Origin: Octopus vulgaris
Taxonomy: Eukaryota
Reading direction: 5' to 3'
Length of the DNA: 64,000 bases
NCBI GenBank assembly: GCA_951406725.2
Contig: OX597831.1
Span: 8,742,001-8,806,000, forward strand
Shown: piece after piece, positions 58,567-64,000 of the stretch
Position numbering within the stretch: the first letter of the stretch is position 1
How the letters are laid out: the number at the start of each line of letters is the position of its first letter
Notes under the pieces: generated by a model
Database searches by the model: none
What the model saw: the letters and a program-made list of their open reading frames with translations, nothing else
Told to the model about the DNA's origin: nothing
Program-made: the position numbers and the translations under genes

Positions 58567-58610
<44 letters not shown>

Positions 58611-58864
58611 TATGCATATATATATGTGTATATTCATATATATATGCAGATATATATGCATAAATATATATATATATATATATCCATATATATATATACA
58701 CACACACACACTTGGACTTTAATGAAGAGTTGAGATCTTACTACAAATTATTTCCAGAATTGACATTGTTATTAGCAACGGTGGGAATATCCATATTGAT
58801 GCATCCATCGATCTATCTGCCTATCTCTCTACTCATCTCCATAAATATTATATATATATATATA

Positions 58865-58983
<119 letters not shown>

Positions 58984-59047
58984 GTATATCTATATATATA
59001 TATATATACACATACATATATATATGTGTGTATGCGTGTGTGTGTGC

Positions 59048-59094
<47 letters not shown>

Positions 59095-59297
59095 TGTGTG
59101 TGTATGCATATATGTAAGTGTATTTATGTAAATATAGAACTTGCATTTTTATATGTTCTCATTCCAGATAAGATTGAAATTTTTACCGTTCGTGGATTGA
59201 TAAAATCTATCATCGTTATCTATCTAGCTATCTATATATGTATCTATCTATCTATCTATCTATCTAGCTATCTATATATGTATCTATCTATCTATCT

Positions 59298-60259
59298 GTG
59301 GATCAAAGAGGCCAAGGAAGGGCGAATGGCACCGCGAGTGTCGCGTTGCTCTCGAGCAACTATATCGTCCCGGGTCGACCTTGAGCGACTTCCACACAAC
59401 CAAAGCATTCTATAGGGGATTATTGGAGGAGAGGTACAACGAAGATCACGGGGCGAACCTGGGCGTCGACGATGAATACCTGACTCATCTGTTCAAGACG
59501 ACTTTCGGGCCGAGACCTATGGACAAGTCCCAGAGATCCCTGGTCTGGCACTGCTATCGAGAAGCGCTACCCGTTCAGGATAAGCTCTACAGGCATGGCT
59601 CAAGAAACACGAGGCTGACTTACCCGAGATGTGGTGAAAGCGACGAAACCGTCCTGCATGGACTCGTACAGTGTCCAACCATTTCCGACCTGTGGGCCTA
59701 CGTCGAACGACTGCTGTCACGTGTGGGACGAGTCGGTTTATCAACCGAGTCTATCGCGAATATTGTCACGCCTCCTTCCTTGAAACGGGAAGTAAGAGTC
59801 ATTTTCAACTTATTTATGGCTATGACGAAAGAACGTGTATGGTGGACACGTCTGAAAGGTGTAGAGACAAACACTTTCCTCTCTGGTCAATCTCTCATCA
59901 ATTTCTTCAAGTATCACTTGAAGAGGAAGGTGAGAGTAGAGAGAGAAGTTTTGTCTAGTAAATGTTTAAAAAATGGATGAGTGAATGTAGCAAGGATGGC
60001 AGGTGTGAATGATGGATCTACCTTGAGCATAATCCTATGTATCAGAAAAAGAAAGTCACTTACCGTAATGTGCTTTTTTGCATGACTTTTCTTTCCGTAG
60101 GCTTTTCTTTCCACGGATAAACCTAATCTGTTTTCCCTTTTTTCATTGACATTTCTGTGATACACGATCCCATTTGATCGGATTTGTTTTTCGGAAAGAA
60201 AAGCTCTACTTTGTATTTTGTCCCCCTTGTGTTCGGCCCTGTGTGGCTAATAAAGAAAC
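59298..60259 (+). mobile_element. 5'-truncated Tx1/L1-like LINE (ORF2 C-terminal zinc-binding region plus 3' UTR) inserted in (TATC)n
   Basis: ORF 59381-59980 WHCYREALPVQDKL..YPRCGESDETVLHGLVQCP..LW (decayed CCHC, zf-RVT-like); AATAAAGAAAC end; (TATC)n on both sides. Confidence 0.8.
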
Positions 60260-60283
60260 TTATCTATGTGTCTGTCTGTCTGG

Positions 60284-60418
<135 letters not shown>

Positions 60419-62115
60419 CCTACCTACCTACCTACCTACCTACCTACTTTGAATTATTTGTTAAGAACTATAAAAATTATATCCCCTGGATTTTAACTCC
60501 CAGTTGTCCCCATATCATCAAACTCCACCATATATTATTACTTGAAAGCATTATTCCTTAATTAGTTTGTATAAAGATAAACTGGCTTCAAAACGAATGT
60601 TCAAAGCGAAATGCCCGAGAAGAATATTAACAAAAATTCTCAAATATTTCAAATGTTATCATCAACCATATTAAAATTACATAATTAATATATAGAAATG
60701 AGCAAAGTGGCGAAAGAAACTGAAATCTATATTTCATTATATTCCTTATGCATAGTGATCCTAGTAACCTTCAGAACGAAAAGTCAGTCGAGTACAGAAA
60801 AGTAGTAAGAAATTCAAGAAATGACAAGGGGATAAGTAATTTTTTTCCTGAAGTTCATTGGCTTACAACTGTTTCTGCTATAACAGGCAATACACTTGAA
60901 GGTGAGTGCTTGTGTATCACCTTATTGCTTCATCGAAACTTTAAAAATGATGGGCAACATATTACATTGTTATTTCCTTATTTGAGGCGATGTCTGAACT
61001 TTAACTATGGAAACAGCTGAAGAAACCAAGAATTAAATTTTGATATATCAGTGAAATCATTGATTTACATACACGCACGCACGCACATACCTGCGCTCAC
61101 TCACACACACGCACACACACACGTTTATATAATTCTGGGTTAGCATACAACCTATTATTCTTTTAGATGTTTTCATTAGTACAATTCTATACTTAACGAG
61201 CTGTGAACGATAAGTTTAGCTTTCATAGATGATGAATTGGAACGCTGAAACGCATGTCTCCTATGATCTATCAACATCGTACACGGCTCAAGATAATGCG
61301 CATGTTTACCCAAGTGTTGATGGAGAACTTTCACCAAGGATTAATTTGCAGCGATAGTATTTATCACGTCTAGTTACACATAGACATTTTAAGTATGAAT
61401 TTACACTAACGTATTTTATAGAATGTTTCTTCGTGTGACATTATATCTCTCTCCTTATATTTTCGAACAGGGAAAATATTCTTTAGTTTAAAGAACTGTT
61501 ACTGAATATCTCTCTTTGAGAGATTTAGAAATAATAATGTTTCTATTTATTAGATCAGTGACTGTGTATCACTTTGAGAATTATATATTTTTCGAATGGT
61601 AATTCAGCAACGCCACCTAGCCAAACAGCTACGCTGTGCTGATAAAGAGCAAAAAGCAAGAAACCGGTCCACAGATGTTGCTTGGTACTGGATGGGGATG
61701 CTGGGTTCCTGGTTCCAAAATATAAGAACCCAGATATTGCGTCGTATAGCCAGTTGGAAACGATGTTTCTTGGGGCTAAAGAACAGTAATAATCGTCCCA
61801 TCAAGGACAGCTATATTATGTTGGCAAATAGTCTTTATTTTAAAGCACTGTTACTGAATATCTCACTTTGAGAGATTTAGAAAGAATAATATATATATAT
61901 ATCTTTAAAGTGTATTCCATTAGGGACGTAGTAGAGTACAAAATAGAGCTCCTTCACCCTTAGAATTACCGATCAGTCGGTAGAATTACGTTATATAAGT
62001 CTAGGTTTAGGCATTCTTCGGGTGTGACAGTAAATTTGAAAAAAATTCGAGTCAACAAGGAGTGCGGTTAGACAGCTATTTAATAAACACTATACAGTCG
62101 TTGACTATTTTTTGA

Positions 62116-62160
<45 letters not shown>

Positions 62161-62228
62161 TTATATATACACTCATTATGTATGTATGTATGTATGTATG
62201 TATGTATGTATGTATGTATGTATGTATG

Positions 62229-62259
<31 letters not shown>

Positions 62260-62770
62260 ATATCTATCTAACGTATATACTTCATATGTTATCATGGACA
62301 GTGCTTGACGTATCAAAACACGCTATTCATTGATTATTTTTCTCGACTAATAAACTTAATCAAAGTATTTTATGGAGTTATAAGTATCGACCGAAAAGTT
62401 CATCGTGAAAATATGAAATTTCATTATTTGTGGATTTGCTGTTCAGTGAAAATCATTCATGCGTGTCTCTTCTTTAGAAATGAATTTATTGGAAAACGAA
62501 AACAGTAAAACAACATATAGAAATAAATACATAAGTAGCTAACTAATCAAATACAAGAAAAATAAGTTGTATAAATGTGGCTTAATTATAATTATCAAAG
62601 TATATCTTGAAAGTTCTGTCAATATTTTATAATATTTCATTATATTTTACTACAGTTTAATGTCTTATTATATTATTGCAGATTTATGTGTTGCGCTGTC
62701 TGCCGTTTTGTGAGAAGCGAAAAGTATGTGCGAGGTGCGTGTATATATGTGCATATATGCGTATATATAT

Positions 62771-62815
<45 letters not shown>

Positions 62816-62856
62816 TATGTGTCTGTGTCTATGTGTGTGTGTTTTACTGAATATAA

Positions 62857-62902
<46 letters not shown>

Positions 62903-63130
62903 GTATATTACTGAAGATACGCACACACATATACATACATATAATGTATTTAGGAGTACATATATACATGCTTATATAAATATATGAAAATATATGTATT
63001 TATGTGCGTGTGTATTGTATATAAAAGTACATATGTATATAAGGCTGCATATATATATATAATACACACATATAATGTGTATCTATTTAAATGAGTATGC
63101 TTATGTATGTGTATGTGTACATACATCTCA

Positions 63131-63170
<40 letters not shown>

Positions 63171-63176
<6 letters not shown>

Positions 63177-63414
63177 ATCACGTGGCCGACCAGACCGTCA
63201 GATGTTGTTACACATCGCTGGTCACAATGCGTTGGCATTGTTTTAGCCTTCGAATGACGCCACCCCGCTGGCTAAGCGAGCAGGCCAACAGAAGAAAGAG
63301 TGAGAGAAAGATTCGTGAAAGAGTACAGCAGGGATCACCACCCCCTGCCGGAGCCTCGTGGACCTTTTAGGTGTTTTCGGTCAATAAACACTCACAACGC
63401 CCGGTCTGGGCCTC

Positions 63415-63464
<50 letters not shown>

Positions 63465-63484
63465 CCACTAGGCCATTGCGCCTC

Positions 63485-63485
<1 letters not shown>
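63171..63485 (-). mobile_element. SINE family A variant, with a different 3' tail and a tRNA head disrupted by (TA)n
   Basis: Minus strand ggaggcgcaatggcctagtgg..cccagaccgggcgttgtgagtgtttattga..ccacgaggctccggcagg..gatccctgctgtactc. Confidence 0.85.
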
Positions 63486-63528
<43 letters not shown>

Positions 63529-63549
63529 AAATATACTTAAGATATATAC

Positions 63550-64000
63550 ATAAAATACAAAATGTGGCAAGAACGCAAAGCATCGAAACAGTTAGGTGAT
63601 ACAAGAAAGGGAAAGCAAAACATCCAGATAGACTATACAAAGAAAACAAGGACGGGTTATTCGGAGCTTTCTTTGCTCAGTCGAGTTCCAGATTATCTTT
63701 GCAATTTCGGCTGGTTATACTCGAGATTGCTCTAATCTGGCCAGCCTCAAGGCAAAACTAGGCTATGAGCATTAGATTCCTTGGAAGAAAGCATCGAATG
63801 TATGCGAAAACAAGGACGGAAAAAACGGAGAATGTTACAGAAATACAAATAACAGGGCATAACAACAGGTGTCTTTCGACTAAGGACGAATTAAATTAAG
63901 ATGGCGTGTGTGGAAATAAAGCCTTACAGCAGGGACACAAGATTTAACGGGCACAGGGAGGAATATAGATGTTGCATGGACGGCGGCCGAACCAAGAAGG
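63550..64000 (-). mobile_element. Possible Penelope-like LTR fragment, running off the window
   Basis: (TA)-adjacent, A-rich plus strand; minus-strand cGAAATTGC..CTGA layout like the termini of 13388-14092. Confidence 0.35.

Overview
AT-rich, microsatellite-dense eukaryotic non-coding DNA (intergenic or a large intron). The SINE families, long (TA)n/(CA)n/(TATC)n/(TAA)n/(CATA)n tracts and retroelement mix look like an Octopus (cephalopod) genome; this is an inference from recalled repeat sequences, not a search. I find no supportable intact host gene. Nearly all listed ORFs are translations of simple repeats. The recognisable content is mobile-element debris: at least four tRNA-derived SINE families, restriction-like-endonuclease (R4/Dong-type) LINE fragments, two Tx1/L1-like 3' ends, RTE fragments, a decayed mariner, a non-autonomous Helitron, hAT remnants and Penelope-like pieces carrying minimal hammerhead ribozyme motifs. 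The most notable signals are: each retroelement family sits in its own microsatellite type; a fully paired hammerhead with a CUGUUGA core variant; a covarying 3'-UTR stem-loop with a 20-nt loop shared by three LINE copies; and a ~637-bp palindrome centred on (TA)n. Boundaries of decayed elements are approximate.
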